A stretch of 63,727 nucleotides of DNA, filler included, from Hyphochytrium catenoides (GCA_900088475.1; 8 parts of 8 records of this genome joined end to end with filler, not necessarily neighbours in it), one strand, 5' to 3'. Shown: positions 35,001 to 48,135, numbered from the whole stretch's first letter. Numbers and translations: made by a program. Notes: generated from the letters alone by a model not told the origin.

Positions 35001-36086
35001 GCGATCTGGGAAAGTAAGACGCTTTACTACCCATGGTCTGCGTAGCGTCCTTACAACCTACCTATCTCCCTTTGTCTCACTCTCTCTCTTTATTTCTGTC
35101 TTTCCCTGTTTCCTTCTTTCTTTCTGTTTCTCTTCATACCCAAAAACCCAAGTTGCTGACCATTTACTCTCCGATTCAGGCCATTCGTCACAGTGTATCC
35201 AGAGCATGCCGTCACCAAGCTTTATCTCGAACTTGCCGATAAGGTAACTGAGGAAGGGCCAAAAAGGGAGGCAAAATGATATCACGCGTCTGGGAAAGTG
35301 TTGAGAAGGTGGCAATGTGTTGCCTCAGAAGGAGTGACGGAGATGGTGGCAAAAGTGGCAGTAGAGCTCAAGCATATCCCTCATATCCACTGTCGATTTG
35401 CCCTCTAGGTCGTCACTGAAAGCATGCGGCGGCAGTACTCATCCTCACTTCCCCCTACGGTCACCTTCTCGAAGGGGAGAGGAGTAGTTGTCAGGTAGTC
35501 GCCTTGTCAGCTGGCTCTCTATATTTCTCTCCCTTCCTGAAGCTAGAGATCATGTGGTCGATATAAGTGGCACTTCATATAGCCTGCATTTGGTACCATC
35601 TTTTCCTTAAGCTTCAAGCACCGGGACGTCGCTCAATGGTCTAGACGTACTAATGTTGCGGTTCAAGGTTCTTCTATGAAGGAGGAGCAGAAGAGTTCGC
35701 CATCCCAGCTCGCGCGCTGCGGCAGAGCTGTCATTGTGCAGCTTGTGTGGATGAGATGTCGGGTGATAAGGTAAAGGGCATATGCTTGTCTTATGCCGTC
35801 TCTTTCTAGATAACATCTGAATTATAACGCTTTATCCCTATCTCCGGACCCAGCTCTTGGATCCCTCTACCGTGCCGACTGATGTAGAGCCACTTAGGAT
35901 CTCTCTTAAGGTAAGGAGAGGATAAACTACTTTTGTTCCTCCCGCTTCATCAATCAACTCCTCATCTTGTCCCCTGCGCAGGGAAACTATGCAGTTGCAA
36001 TTGCATGGAGCGATGGCCACTCTTCGTCTATCTATCCCTACGATCAGCTAAGGAAAATAGCTGGACACGACCATCCGCACCCTTAA
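32060..36086 (+). CDS. HCF101: HCF101-type Fe-S cluster scaffold (DUF59/MIP18-like + Mrp/NBP35 P-loop ATPase + DUF971), ~15 exons
   Basis: Exons give ...[13 protein letters not shown]...LPWV...; [20 protein letters not shown]; DADVYGPS; [12 protein letters not shown]; VTTPQ; QNMGYFEC; [12 protein letters not shown]; [24 protein letters not shown] junctions keep the frame. Confidence 0.92.
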
Positions 36087-36496
36087 ATCATCCCTGCTGC
36101 AGGCGCAACCTAGTTTTCCCAACCGTAGTCTTGCATGGCACGCTCGGCGACGCTACGCCCCGGTCACTAGCCGTTCGAGTGCCTTCAAATGTATAGCTTT
36201 GAGTCTTGAATCTCCCCTTTGTCACAATAGATGCGCCAGCAACGGCGTGGTTCTTATCCCTCTTGGCCTTCTGGCGAGTGGCTCTTTTCCAATCGTGAGG
36301 ACCGTTGCAGATGAGGGCAGCTAGTTGTTCTTTATCCCTTCGAATGGGTGATGAGTTGGACCGTGGACCTCAAAGTGCGTGAGACGTGTGTTTGACGAGG
36401 CGTAGAGCCGCAGTTGAGGCGGGGTGGCCCTGTGAGCACATAGCTGAAGGAGGCTAGCTCCGCATGGCTGTGTGTGAGGGATGGTCGATGCACAGC

Positions 36497-39400
36497 TCAT
36501 TCTGTCTCCAACAGGAAGTGGAGTCCTGCATAGTGGATGTACTCGTCTAAGGTTCTCTCCTTTCCGAGCCCATAGAACTCAAGATTCTCCCTGGAATCTT
36601 CCAGGAGTCCCGGCTGCGTCGCAACAACATTTGCAAGATCAGCCGAGAGAGGTAGACCTAGAGAAGAGAAAACCCGCAGCTTCGAGAGCGTATGATATTC
36701 CGTTCGCTTCGCGTGAGGAACCTGTAGGAGCAGTAGCGCAATCAGTTGTCAAGACCTTGTCACCCCTGTAACTGGAGTTTGGGATGGACAAGGCCCTCAC
36801 AAGTAATTCAGACTGTGTAAAAAGACACAGAGAGTACCCACAAGCGGGTCTAGCAGACAAAAGCCTTGATGCCGATGTCATGATAAATTGTGCAAAAGTA
36901 GGGAGGCAAATGATAAGAGATTCTTAGCGCTTTTGCTATCAGCACTTGCGCCCTGCCGAGCTTTAGAAGAGAGGAGAATGCGCAAAGCCGAGTGCAATCA
37001 GCGGTAGTTCTATAAAGTTCCTACTCTTTCAGGCGGACTCACCTCCCAGAAGGTCTTTCGGTACGTGCGACTCCAGAGATGGTAGAGAACTGTCTGCGAG
37101 GGAGAGAAGAAAGACCAGCCCGAAGTGTAATAGCGCGCCGTCATGCTGAGCTCTTCGCCAAAGAATAGAAATCGTAACTGAGGATCATAAGGGACCTAAC
37201 AACGACGTAGGAGGAATTAGGGCAGCATTGGTAAGCTTCTAGGTTAGCATGTATATGACCGATGCATATACTTGTCTGAGAGAGAGAGAGAGAGTGAGAT
37301 GACTGGCTTGGAAGAGGTGCGAAGAGAAGCCATGAAGGTGAGATAATTGGCATTATGGAGAGATCTACCTGGCGTATGGCATTTGCTTTAGTAAAGGCAA
37401 AGCCAGCAGCAAGGTGCGCGCACTCTATCGGGTATCCAGAGCTTTCCTCTCTCTTTCCTACATACCGCGGCAGCTCTTCTTGTCCTTTACCCATAAAACG
37501 AGGGACGGTAGGCCTGAGGTCTACTGGTACCTGCTTAGAAGGAGCCCATGTAAGAAACTTTAAGACAAAACGACATCAGACAGTACCAGGTTGCCTTGGC
37601 ATGAAGCAGCAAGAAGCCTTACGACAAGTCTCTTTCGCAGAGTGGGCAAGAAGCAGGCAGAAAGCGTGATATGGTACCAAATCTACCTCAGGGTTCTATA
37701 CCTGGTTAGGCAAGAGATATCCTGCAGGGTAGGTCGTCAGAATGGCTTTCTCTGTCTGGCAACTCTTCAGCTCGTGAATCAAGAAGGAATCCCAGTGAGG
37801 ACGAAATCTGCAGAACAATGGTCAGAAATTAACGAAGAGGACAGACCTTGACAATGTTTCCACCTATAGAGATTACTTGGGAACCGACACCGTCCACTGA
37901 CCTCATATGACTGTCAATCTGGAGGTAATAGTCTTCACCGTTCCAGAGTTTCTGAGCCAAACTGCGTGCTGGGCAAGGTCCAGAGGCCTCCCGCCAATGC
38001 AAATGGCAGCTGCGAACCTAAGGCAACAGTTATTAGGCTTCTATCATCACACCGATGTGTCCCCTTTATCACTATTTTACGGGCCACAGTTAAGCGTCCC
38101 ATTAGTGCCCATCGCTTCCTTCAGTTAATCCAAGCGAAGTCCATACATTTCTCTTCATCTCCGGTGGCAGGTCGAGCTGGTAGCACTCCGGTTGGTCTAC
38201 GCCCTCTTCATACTGCAGCACGAGCCCCACGAAGATCCGCTCCCAACTAGCTGCCTTTAAGAACATATGAGATTAAAGTTCCCAAGGCACAACATCGGGG
38301 TGGGAAGCTAGAGAAAGTGGGCAAAGAGGGAGAAGGACGAAACACTACCCATCTTTTAGCGACGTAGGGGACAAATAGTCAGAAGATGGAGGCGGCTGCT
38401 GGAGACTTCGACAGCTAGAGAGGAGCAAACTCAACATTCAAGAGCTATCCAAGGACGAGCGCAAGTCGAGAGGGACAAAAGTTTAGGAGCAGGTTCAAAC
38501 TGCTCACCGTTCTGAAGAGCTCTCTAACAGTGGCTTGGAGCTCGGGGTCTCGATAGGCGATGATAGAGACAAAGATCTTGGCAGCTCTGTCCTCTTCTGC
38601 ATCATTATAAACTGGCAGCGGCGGCACTGACTTCACGTCAATGTAATCTTCCAACAGTCCTTCGCTTGTGCCACCCTTTTCTTCCATTGCAGCCTCATCT
38701 TCAGTGTAAGCAGCATCACTTGATAAAGAGGCATCAGGGTAGCTAAGAGGGACGAGAGTTGCTCGATTTGAACCATACACCCAGACAGTGATCGCGAAAC
38801 TGTGGAATGAGAGGCCAGTGAGAGAGAGCGGGAAGACCGTAAACCCCTCCTCATCGGAAGGAACTTTTATCTTACCGCTCTCGATAAGCGGGTAAAACCT
38901 CATGTTCCACTTCTTCACTGCGGAAGATAACTAGCCGGTCCATCAGTGGAAGAATGTCCCAGTGCACCTCCTTCTCCTTCAATGTCTCGCCCACTTGCTT
39001 CACCAGAGGCCTTTCTAGGAGTGTTACTACTGTCAGCTAACGGTCTCTAATCCTCCTGTTCTTTTATAAAGCCGTAGACTGCTCGTCCGTTCTCTCTCCA
39101 TTTTTCGACCTACTCTGTCTCTATGTCTCTGTACCTTCAGGCGTCTGCCATGCTCTATACTCTTTCACTCCTTTCATTGTCTCAGTCTCTCTTCTCTCTC
39201 TTTCCCCTTCTCGTACTTCCTCTAGCTTTCGCATCTCTCTTCCTTTCACTCCTCCTCTCTCTTCTCCATTCTTTCTTCCTTCGCCTCGACATTCGTCTCT
39301 CGCTATCTCCCACCTTCCTCACAATGCCAATGCGCTACCTTTAGCGCTTCTTAAGTACACTCTGAGAGCTCCGCCATCGTCTGGAGTCCACTCGGGGTTG

Positions 39401-40825
39401 CAATAGTAAACGCACGTCAGCTTCCGTGTCAACTCTCCATGGCCATTTGTCTGCCCGTTATGATCAGGTGGAAATGCATCGCGGTGCCGTTCAAATCTCC
39501 TCCCGCCTCCTTCCTGATGAGAAGAGCATGGTGCACCAAGGCAGTAAGCAATAGACAGAGATCAACGGAAGGATAGGCGAGAATTGTAAGGCGGTAAGGA
39601 TTTGAGAAAGGACCAGTGTGAGAAGCCCTAGAAGCTTTATTTGGTCGTGCTGCCATGAAGCCAACTGCTAGCGTACAGAGCAGAATGTTGCGCAATTCGG
39701 AAGAGGCCTTAACTGGGATAGAGACATACGGAGGTTGATAAAGGATGGACAAAGAAGAGAAGCCCCATCAAGAATTTCGAAGAGCAGACTATAGTTAGGG
39801 AGCGAGGCTTACGTAACAAGCAAGCTGGATCGATACTCGCTCGGGACTGAGCCCTAGCTCTGGGGCACAGCGTTGGAGCTCTGCCGAGCGCAGACAAAAC
39901 CACAGAGGCAAATGTAAGCGGAAGGACGCAGGAAAGTGAAGCAAGAGAGAAGAAGAGAAGATGTTGAGCAAGAGATTCAGGAAGAAAGAAGCACAAGGAA
40001 GAGACATAGAGGGAGAACGAGAACATTATTAGGATGTGCAGCCCAAGCCAAACAGGGTGATAAATCCAAGAGTTCTCAGCAATAGGTGGACGATTACCTT
40101 CAGCTAAGCTCTTAACCTTCTTCGTGAGCTCCATGATACCTTGATTCTCCCTTCCCCCGTCATCTCCTGCCTGACTTTCGACACACCCTGTCACGTCCCC
40201 TCTCTCTGTCTCTGCCACGGACCCTGGTGTTACCCACATCATCCTGTCTCCCCGCGCCTCAGGATGTCTCCAGTAGGTATCCGCCCGGCCCATTCCTAGC
40301 GCGTAAGGTCAGACAGAGTCAGCAACAGAAGAGGTTGAATGAAGAGCAGATCACTGCATTCGCAGAGGGAGAAGAGACACGATTGATGTAAGCACATCGG
40401 AAGCAGAAGCGGCCCATAACCTCAGCGGAAAGACAGCACATTTAGATAATTAAGTAAGGAGTTTGTACGCCTTCCCATGTCACAGCGAGACAGAGACCGA
40501 GAGAGAGAGAGAGAAATAGCATGCGTACTCAGAGGGTAAGACGAGAGAGAATCGGGAGAAAGGCAACAGAAAGAGCAGAGCAAGAGAGAGAAAGGAGAAA
40601 GAGAAACAGGAAGGCATCGCCAACAAAGAAACCAAGAGAGACTGTTACTGGTTACCTGCTGGTCGAAGCCTCTCGTCTCTCTGAGCAGCTTGACATTCTT
40701 CCAAGATCCGACGCGATAGAGTGGCGCCCAAGAAATTGTCCCTTAGAATAACACCCGGAGATCTTCCTTCCGCCAAGCCTAGAGAGGAAGAGAAGGGGCA
40801 TCCAGCAGCATTGAAGGAGAGTGTT

Positions 40826-40874
<49 letters not shown>

Positions 40875-41373
40875 GAGCGAGAGAGAGAGCGAGCGAGAGA
40901 GAGAGAGAGCGAGCGAGAGAGAGATAGTGAGTGAGATAGTGAGAGAGAGAGGAGGTAGAGGAAGGGTAAGGCAAGGGGGATAAATAGAGGAAGTGTACGA
41001 GAGACAGGCGACATCCTGCAGAGGAGAAGCATGCCTTGAAAGGCAAGAGAAAGAAGAGAGAAAGAGAGAGAGAGACCTATGACTTCTGATGGCTGAAGAC
41101 AGCTCTGGGTCCAGTCCAGCGCCGAAAGATCAAGCTTGAGTGCTGACTCAGTCCTTTTGAAACTCTCTGGTGCTCTTCGCTGTGCTCTATGATATCATAG
41201 GAGGATGAAGAGGTAGGGAGGAGGCCAGCGGTCACGCAACGGAGAGGAGTGGACACAAGGATGGGAGACAGAGTGGGAGCAAAGGACGACTACGATGACG
41301 AGCGTAGGGCTAACATGCAAGGCGGACTGCGGGGGAGAGGAGAGACTGGGTTCACCATGTTGAGAAAGAGAAA

Positions 41374-41425
<52 letters not shown>

Positions 41426-41747
41426 GAGAAAGTCTGAGGCAAGCTGTATGTATAGGCGATAGGGGAACAATAGCTCAAGAGATGAAGAAGAGAAATAGAG
41501 AGCAGCAAACAAGAAGAAAGCAGCGGCGGAAGCCTGGCATTTCAAAGGGTGAGGGAAAGCTCCTGACTTGCCTTAGCGATGCTGTGGAGGACGAAGAGGA
41601 GAGAACCTTGGCAGCCAGCATTCCTTTGACTATGGACTGCGCCGCCACTTGCTTTGCGTCCTGAGGAAGGGGCAGAGAGAGCTGCGGGAGGCCGCGCGCC
41701 CCGACCATGGCGAGAATGTTCTCAGTGATGCTGTCCACGGTCTCCAT
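36497..41747 (-). CDS. Prolyl 4-hydroxylase (PhyA/EGLN-like 2OG-Fe(II)) fused to hydroxyproline GlcNAc-transferase (Gnt1-like, GT60); PhgtA-like, multi-exon
   Basis: P4H motifs [26 protein letters not shown] (HxD), [11 protein letters not shown]...[31 protein letters not shown] motifs [40 protein letters not shown]...[17 protein letters not shown]. 5' end (ATG 41747) less certain. Confidence 0.88.
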
Positions 41748-41968
41748 CTGCCTCTTTTTTCTTGGTCTCCTGCTGCGCCTTCTCTCCCTGTTCCGCCACT
41801 AGTATCATTCCCCGTATTCCTTCAGCTATTCCTTCCCTCCTTCGAGCGCCGTCCTCTCGCTTCTCTTCGGCTGAAGAGCTGCTGGATCATGAACTTCGCG
41901 TTTCTCTCGCCTCTTTGCTTTTTTCTTGCCTCATTCTGCTTTCTCCATCCCGCCTTCCATCTCTCTCA

Positions 41969-41999
<31 letters not shown>

Positions 42000-42958
42000 N
42001 NNNNNNNNNNNNNNNNNNNNNNNNNNNNNNNCTCTCTCTCTGTCTCTGCCTCTCTCTCTCTCACTGGCTCTCTCTCCCTTCTCGAGCTCCGCTTCATCTT
42101 GACAAAAAGATTTGAGCAACAAAGCTTTAGGGCACGGGCGGAGTTTGTTAGGGACATTAACCAAAGGCTTATCTATGTGAGGATCAAGAGGCCGGCGGAT
42201 GTTTAGGATAACTCACAATGTTAACATGCCACAGTTTTCGGCTTCGCATCGGCTGATATTAAGGTCGCATCAGTCTTTTGCCCAAGGTCTAAAAGGCTAA
42301 GGGGGAATAGGATCAGGTTGCAGAAGTTTATTATGTGGAGGCCAAGCAGCATCTCTCCTTGGACGACCACCCAACGCCATTTATCCCCAAAAGTAACTTT
42401 CTTGTCTGTCTCTCTCTCCTCTCTTCTCTCTCTCTCTTCTTTCTCTCGCTTGCTTCATCAGCCATCACGCCCAATGTCCCTTCTCTCTCTCTCTCTCTCT
42501 NNNNNNNNNNNNNNNNNNNNNNNNNNNNNNNNNNNNNNNNNNNNTTAATTAATTAANNNNNNNNNNNNNNNNNNNNNNNNNNNNNNNNNNNNNNNNNNNN
42601 CTCTCTCTCTCTCTGCTCGCACTTCTTATCTTCATATCTTACGTCGTCTCCGTAATAAATAGCTCCTCTTACCTTTCTATCTTTTTGCCTTGCTTCCCTC
42701 CAAACTGCGCCATCGTCATAGCGAGGCCTCTCTCTCTCTCTCTCTCTCTCTCTCCGCTGCTCTCCTTCTATTGCTCGCCAGGCGCTTTCTTCTCTCTCTT
42801 CTCTGCCCGTCTTTCCCCTATTTTCCCACGTTTCCTTCAATCTCTCTCTCAGCCAGTGCCCATGTAGATAGCAGATGAAAGAAAGCTACTAAATATTATG
42901 GCGAACCTGCCTCTCTTCTTCTCTCCTTCTTCTTGCACTTGCTCGTCACAGGATAGCA

Positions 42959-44508
42959 ATGAGGCTCGTACAACTCTGTCACTCTCTCGTGAAGAGGCTT
43001 CAAAGGAAGCCAGTAGTCGATGCGCATGCCCGCGTGTCTCTTCGTGAAGCGGGAGAAGAGATCAACCACTTCCTCTCTTCCACTTCTTCTTCTCCTTCTC
43101 CGTCCTCTTCATCAGGTCAGCATGCTGTTTCTTCTATCTACTATCTCTAGTGGTCTCTCTTCCCTTTCGACTCTTTCCATCAGCACCAACTGCATACTAG
43201 ATGCCGCCAGGAGAGCCTCAGTACGGCAGAGCAGGGAGAAAGAGCAAAGAGACACCAATGGTTCAAGGCTCTTTCTCTCTCCTCCTTCTTTCCATTATTG
43301 CCCGTCTCTTCCAGAAGGAGAAGAGAGAATGCACCCTCCAGAAGTGTGAGACAGCAGAGACATCCACAGTCCTGCAAGAGTATTCCCCATCCTCTCCTTC
43401 TCCTGCTCACACCACCACTCAGGTTGAGAGCAGAGAGGAGGAAGAAGAGAAAGAGAAGGCAAGAAGAAGGGAGAAAAGAAGAAGAAAAATCAAGGCAGGA
43501 AGAGTGAGAAAGACAACGGAGAAGAGAAGAGAAGAGAAGGAAATGCAAAGAAGAAGAGGGAAAGAGCGGGAACAAGCAGAGAGTGATCGTGGCAGTGCAG
43601 CCCTACCGCCAACTAACAGAAAGAGAGAGCAACTTGACGGTGATGGAGAGACTCTGGGGGAGAACCTTCTACGAGCGCTGGTGGAGCTGGGAGAGAGTCA
43701 TTGCCCCTGTTACTTGGCTGGCTTATGGCGTCGTGATGACGGCGAGTATCATCACGCTGACCTTGGAAGGATGGCTGCCTTTGCTCAGTGTCTCTCTCTG
43801 TTTTCTTGGTATTCTCTTAGGTCTTCTCGAAGCGGCGGCGCTGTCTAATGTGACAATTTCTCTCGCAGTCTCTCCTAAGAAGCGCTGCATTTTATAGGAG
43901 AAGTCTTCTTGCTCTCTCTTTCTCTTCTTCCAAGTCTCCTCTGCTTCTCTCAAGCAGGATGGCTTCCTTTCTCTTGCGGCTTTCTTAGCCATTCTCCCTG
44001 TCTTCATCTCCTATGACTCTTTTCCTGTCTCCGTGAGGAAGACCGGGAGCCGAGGCTATTGCGTCTCTTTCTCGCTCTTTATGTGCGCCTTTTGGGGGAT
44101 GGTGTACCTAGGTATCCCGCCAACAATGTGCGCTTTTCGGTGGGACCTTGCGCACGGATGGCTGAACGAGGAGAAGCCTGAAGATATGGAGAGAGTGAGG
44201 CGATGGAGCGTCTCTCTGCGCTGGAGTTCTCTCTCAACAACCGCGGTCTGAATATTCTGATGCTGACATTGCGCTTTGGATATTTAGCCTTCAAGCATCC
44301 CAATGACTGTCTCTTTGTTAGGAGCCGGGTCCAGAGTAGTGGAGATGCCCCTTCTTTCTCCATCTTCATGATCAACAGCTCCTTCTCTTCTTTCTCCTCT
44401 TCCTCTCACTTCCTCGTCAACGCTACCGTCCTCTTTGTCCCATCCTCCTCCTACCACTCGTGGCGATCGATCCTCTCGGATAGCTGCGGTTCAGGTAGAG
44501 TCCAGTGA
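42959..44508 (+). pseudogene. Frameshifted paralog of the multi-TM protein at 45416-47068
   Basis: Segments VAVQPYRQL..ESNLTVME, GILLGLL, YDSFPVSVRKTGSR, NILMLTLRFGYLAFKHPNDCLFVRSRV align to the minus-strand protein but lie in different frames (shifts near 43870, ~43940 and 44215). Confidence 0.7.
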
Positions 44509-45415
44509 GAATGAAGAAGATAGAGGCGAAAGATAGCTCTTGCTACTCTTCTTCTTAGTGGTGTTGGTGCGTGGTGGTGGTGGTGGTTATAGACTCATCA
44601 TGATCATCATCCTCCTCTGACGGTTCAAAGCGGTCTCGACGACCGTCTCTCGCTTGCTCAGCTTTGGCTCCTTCTTCTTCTCTCGCCTTTATTATTTACT
44701 GATGGCTCTGTCACCTCGTGGCCGTCTGTCTTCTGTATCATGTCCAAGGTCAAGCGGAAGAAGAGAAAGGCGCGGCAATAGAAGCGAAAGATAAGGAGAA
44801 GAAGAAAGATAGAAGAAGAGATCGCAACGGAGGAACAGGCAGGGAAGCTTCACAGAGAACTTACTATCTATCAACCATCTTCCCCTGTCACCTTCTCCTT
44901 ATTAATATCTAGCTCCCCATGTCCGCCCTTTCTAACTCCCTCCCCGCAGCTTATCTCCTCTCTCATCGCAGGCGGACCTAGAAGACTCTGTCTCGCCTTT
45001 CTCCTAAAACTTCCTCTCCTCGTTCCCGCTCTCCTTCTCTGTTGTTATCACTCGCTCGGTACTTTGGCTCTTCTCCTTTCGCCCTGCACTGGTGAAGCTC
45101 TTTATGAATACATCGAAGAAGCAAGCATCCGTTGTTAGAGTCTAAGCACGAGAAATGGCGACGAGAGAAGAAGAAGAAGAAGAAGAGAGACCGGCGGGAG
45201 GAGAAAGAAGCGATGGAAAGAGAAAAATAGGAGAGAGCTGGGCCGCATCACAACTGTTATTTTTATAGCGCCAACTAACAAAGAAAATAGCTGAGAGATG
45301 CCATCTTTGCATTGACGCAACGCCGCTCCTTCTTCCGCCATCGCCATCCTTCGGAGCGTGACAAAACAACGGGTCAGACGGGGCATCCATCTTCTGCCTA
45401 CTACTTAGTCGTTGT

Positions 45416-47068
45416 CTAGGGCTTCTCTCCTCTCCTTCTCTTCTCTTCTCCTTCTGTCCTATTGCTCAGTGCCTCGCCGTCTTCGTCTCTTCTGGAAAAG
45501 AGAGAAGAAGGATTTGGTGGCAGAAGAGCTGGCCCTGGTAAAGAAGAAGGAGAAGAAGAGGAGGCCAAGGCAGCAGAAGAGGAAGAGAGAAGAGGCAACT
45601 CTACGACGCGCACACGACTCCTGACAAACACACAGTCATTGGGATGCCTGAACGCGAGGTAGACCACTCTCAGCGTTAACATTAGGATGTTGACGGCGCG
45701 ATTGAGACAGAACTCCGTCACGGACATGCTCCACTGCGTGATCCTCTGCCTTTCTTCCGGCACTTCCTCGTTCAACAGGCCATTTCGTAGGTCAAGCCGA
45801 TAGGAGCACATATCTCGTGGCACTCTGAAGTAGAGAAGTAAAGAGAGAGAGAAGATCCAGATACTGAACATCACAAAGAACTGTCTGCTCCCCGTTGACC
45901 GCACCGATGCAGGGTAAGAGTCATAGAAGACAAAGGAGGTCACTGTGCCGAAGAACGTGGTCAAGGCAAGCAGGCCTCCGACCCAAGTAAAGCAGAAGAC
46001 ACCTGCGAAAGAGAGAGTGAAGAAGAGAGTCTCTCCTATGAAGATGAGAGACTCAAACGTCTGAAGCGACTTCTCCAGAACTCTAACATTAGACAAGGCG
46101 ATGCTCTGAAGGAGACCGAGCAGGATACCAGCCATCCAGACTACGAGGCTTACAAGGTAAGCAGTCCATCCTCCAAGGACCATTGCCCCTGTAAGACTGC
46201 CAGCCATCGAGCTCATGGTGAGCCAGAAGACAGGCCGAAGGACTCTCTTCCAGCGCCACCAGCGGTCATAGGCCGTCCTTCCTGCTAGCCATTCCATCAC
46301 CGTGAGATTACTCTCTATATCTCCCAGCTCTCTATACGGCTCTACCGCCACCATCACGCGTTTCTTCATCGTCTTTCCTCGTCTCTCCTCCTCGTCTTTT
46401 CTCTTCTTCTTCGGGCTCTTCTTCTTCTTCTCACTTTCTCCCTCTTCTCTCTTGCTTTTCAATGCAGAGAGGGGAGAGGAGGAGATGGAAGAGGAAGAAA
46501 GAGGAGGCGAAAGAAGAGAAGAAGGAGCAGGAGAAGGAATGATTCTGCTGCTCGCTGCTGCTGGCTTTCCTCCTCCTCCTCTCGTTGGTGCAGCGCTTCC
46601 AATTATCTTCTTCCTCTTGTCGTCTTCCTCCTCCTGCTCAGCGTTGCTCGCGGGGGAAGAAGAAGAAGGAGAAGAGAAGAAGGGACTCTTGCTCTCGATG
46701 GATGCCACCTTTTTCTTCTTGTTCTGCTTTATAAGTGTAGAAGAAGACGACCAGAACTTTCTCTCTTCTTCTTCTCCTGCTGCATTTAGCTGCTTGAGGA
46801 TGATGGACGAAGGAGAGGAAGCGGGAGAGAGAAGAGAAGCGGAGGTAAGCGATGCAAGAGAGAGCGGAGAGAGGAGAGGATGTGATGAGACTCCTCCTCC
46901 TCCTCCATTCGCGCAAAGCGTGAGGTCTATCTCTGTTCTTATCTCTAGAAGAGAGCTCTTGGCTTCATCATTGAGAAGCGGTCGGCCCTGCAGATAGTGA
47001 AGGAGAGTTCGGCAGAGCTTGGGAAAAGCAGAGCAGTCGAGCATCTGCTGCTCCTGCAGTGTCATCAT
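45416..47068 (-). CDS. Unknown multi-pass membrane protein (~550 aa; Ser-rich N-terminus, about 6 hydrophobic segments)
   Basis: Long intact ORF, supported by protein-level similarity to the neighbouring inverted paralog; first ATG after the microsatellite is at 47068. Confidence 0.8.
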   Translation of the reverse strand: MMTLQEQQMLDCSAFPKLCRTLLHYLQGRPLLNDEAKSSLLEIRTEIDLTLCANGGGGGVSSHPLLSPLSLASLTSASLLSPASSPSSIILKQLNAAGEEEERKFWSSSSTLIKQNKKKKVASIESKSPFFSSPSSSSPASNAEQEEEDDKRKKIIGSAAPTRGGGGKPAAASSRIIPSPAPSSLLSPPLSSSSISSSPLSALKSKREEGESEKKKKSPKKKRKDEEERRGKTMKKRVMVAVEPYRELGDIESNLTVMEWLAGRTAYDRWWRWKRVLRPVFWLTMSSMAGSLTGAMVLGGWTAYLVSLVVWMAGILLGLLQSIALSNVRVLEKSLQTFESLIFIGETLFFTLSFAGVFCFTWVGGLLALTTFFGTVTSFVFYDSYPASVRSTGSRQFFVMFSIWIFSLSLLLYFRVPRDMCSYRLDLRNGLLNEEVPEERQRITQWSMSVTEFCLNRAVNILMLTLRVVYLAFRHPNDCVFVRSRVRVVELPLLSSSSAALASSSSPSSLPGPALLPPNPSSLFSRRDEDGEALSNRTEGEEKRRRGEKP

Positions 47069-48088
47069 CGTTGTTATTGAGAGCCAAACGTGCGGAAGAA
47101 AGAGAGAGAGAGACAAGCAGGTGCTGCTAGAGATGAGAGAGAAAGTAAAAGAGAAAGAAAGAGAGAAAAGAGAGAGAGAGAGCGAAAGAGAGCGAGAGAG
47201 AGAGAGAGAGAAAGAAAGAGAGAGCCAGAAGAAAGGCGAAGCCAACAAACGAAGAGGAGGATTTGGGTGGTGTGGGGAAGGAGAGAGAGAACCAGAAGAA
47301 CGGACTTGCCTGAAGTGGCAACGAGTCGAGAAGCCTATCCGAGCATGACGAGAGAGAGACAGCGATAGACGAAGGGGAGACTTAGGAGGACGATGCTAAA
47401 GGAAAACTTATTAGAGCTGACGAGAAGAGTTTTAGGGCAGACAGATCGAGAGAGAGAGAGAGAGACAAGAGATAACGCTCTTTCAAATCTTTCAGGTTGT
47501 CAAGAAGAGCAGCAATGACAATGGCCGAAGGCAGCAGTCACATCATACTCCAACCCCTTTGCTCCAGACGCTTGGTAGGAAGGACAAGAAGAAAAACGTC
47601 GAGCGGAGGAGACGGAACTGTCCCGTCGCGCGAGAAGCGGGAGAGAGAACGGAAGCGGGGGAGAGAGAGAGAGAGAGAACGGAAGCGGGAGAGAGAGAGA
47701 GAGAGCGGGAGAGAGAGAGAGAGAGAGAGAAAGAGACAAGGAGCGCTGCCAAGTCTGCGTGGCTGGGACGGCCTATACCTAGGGCAGAGGATGAAAAACA
47801 ATTGCGACGGGAAACTGAACCGCGATCTTTGGCATCCCCGCACACGACGAGGCATCAGCAGGAGAACGGAGGAGAGAGGAGAGAGAAGCGACAAAAAATA
47901 GGAGAAGAGAGAGATGGACAAAGAGGCGGAAGAGAAAGATAAAGGAGTTAACGAAGAAGAGGAGAACGGGAATGGAATGATGGGCGACAGAACAGATTTG
48001 AGAGATATTTGCAGGACCAAAGCAGAAGAAGAGGAAAACAGCGTGAGAGCGAGAGAGCTAGTAGAAAGAGAGAGGGGGGGGGGNNNNN

Positions 48089-48135
<47 letters not shown>

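Noticed and set aside
29823-41747. Functional cluster of VPS25, HCF101 and the P4H-GlcNAcT gene
   Set aside because: Unrelated pathways and compartments; ordinary eukaryotic neighbourhood with no sign of co-regulation beyond a ~900-bp divergent spacer.
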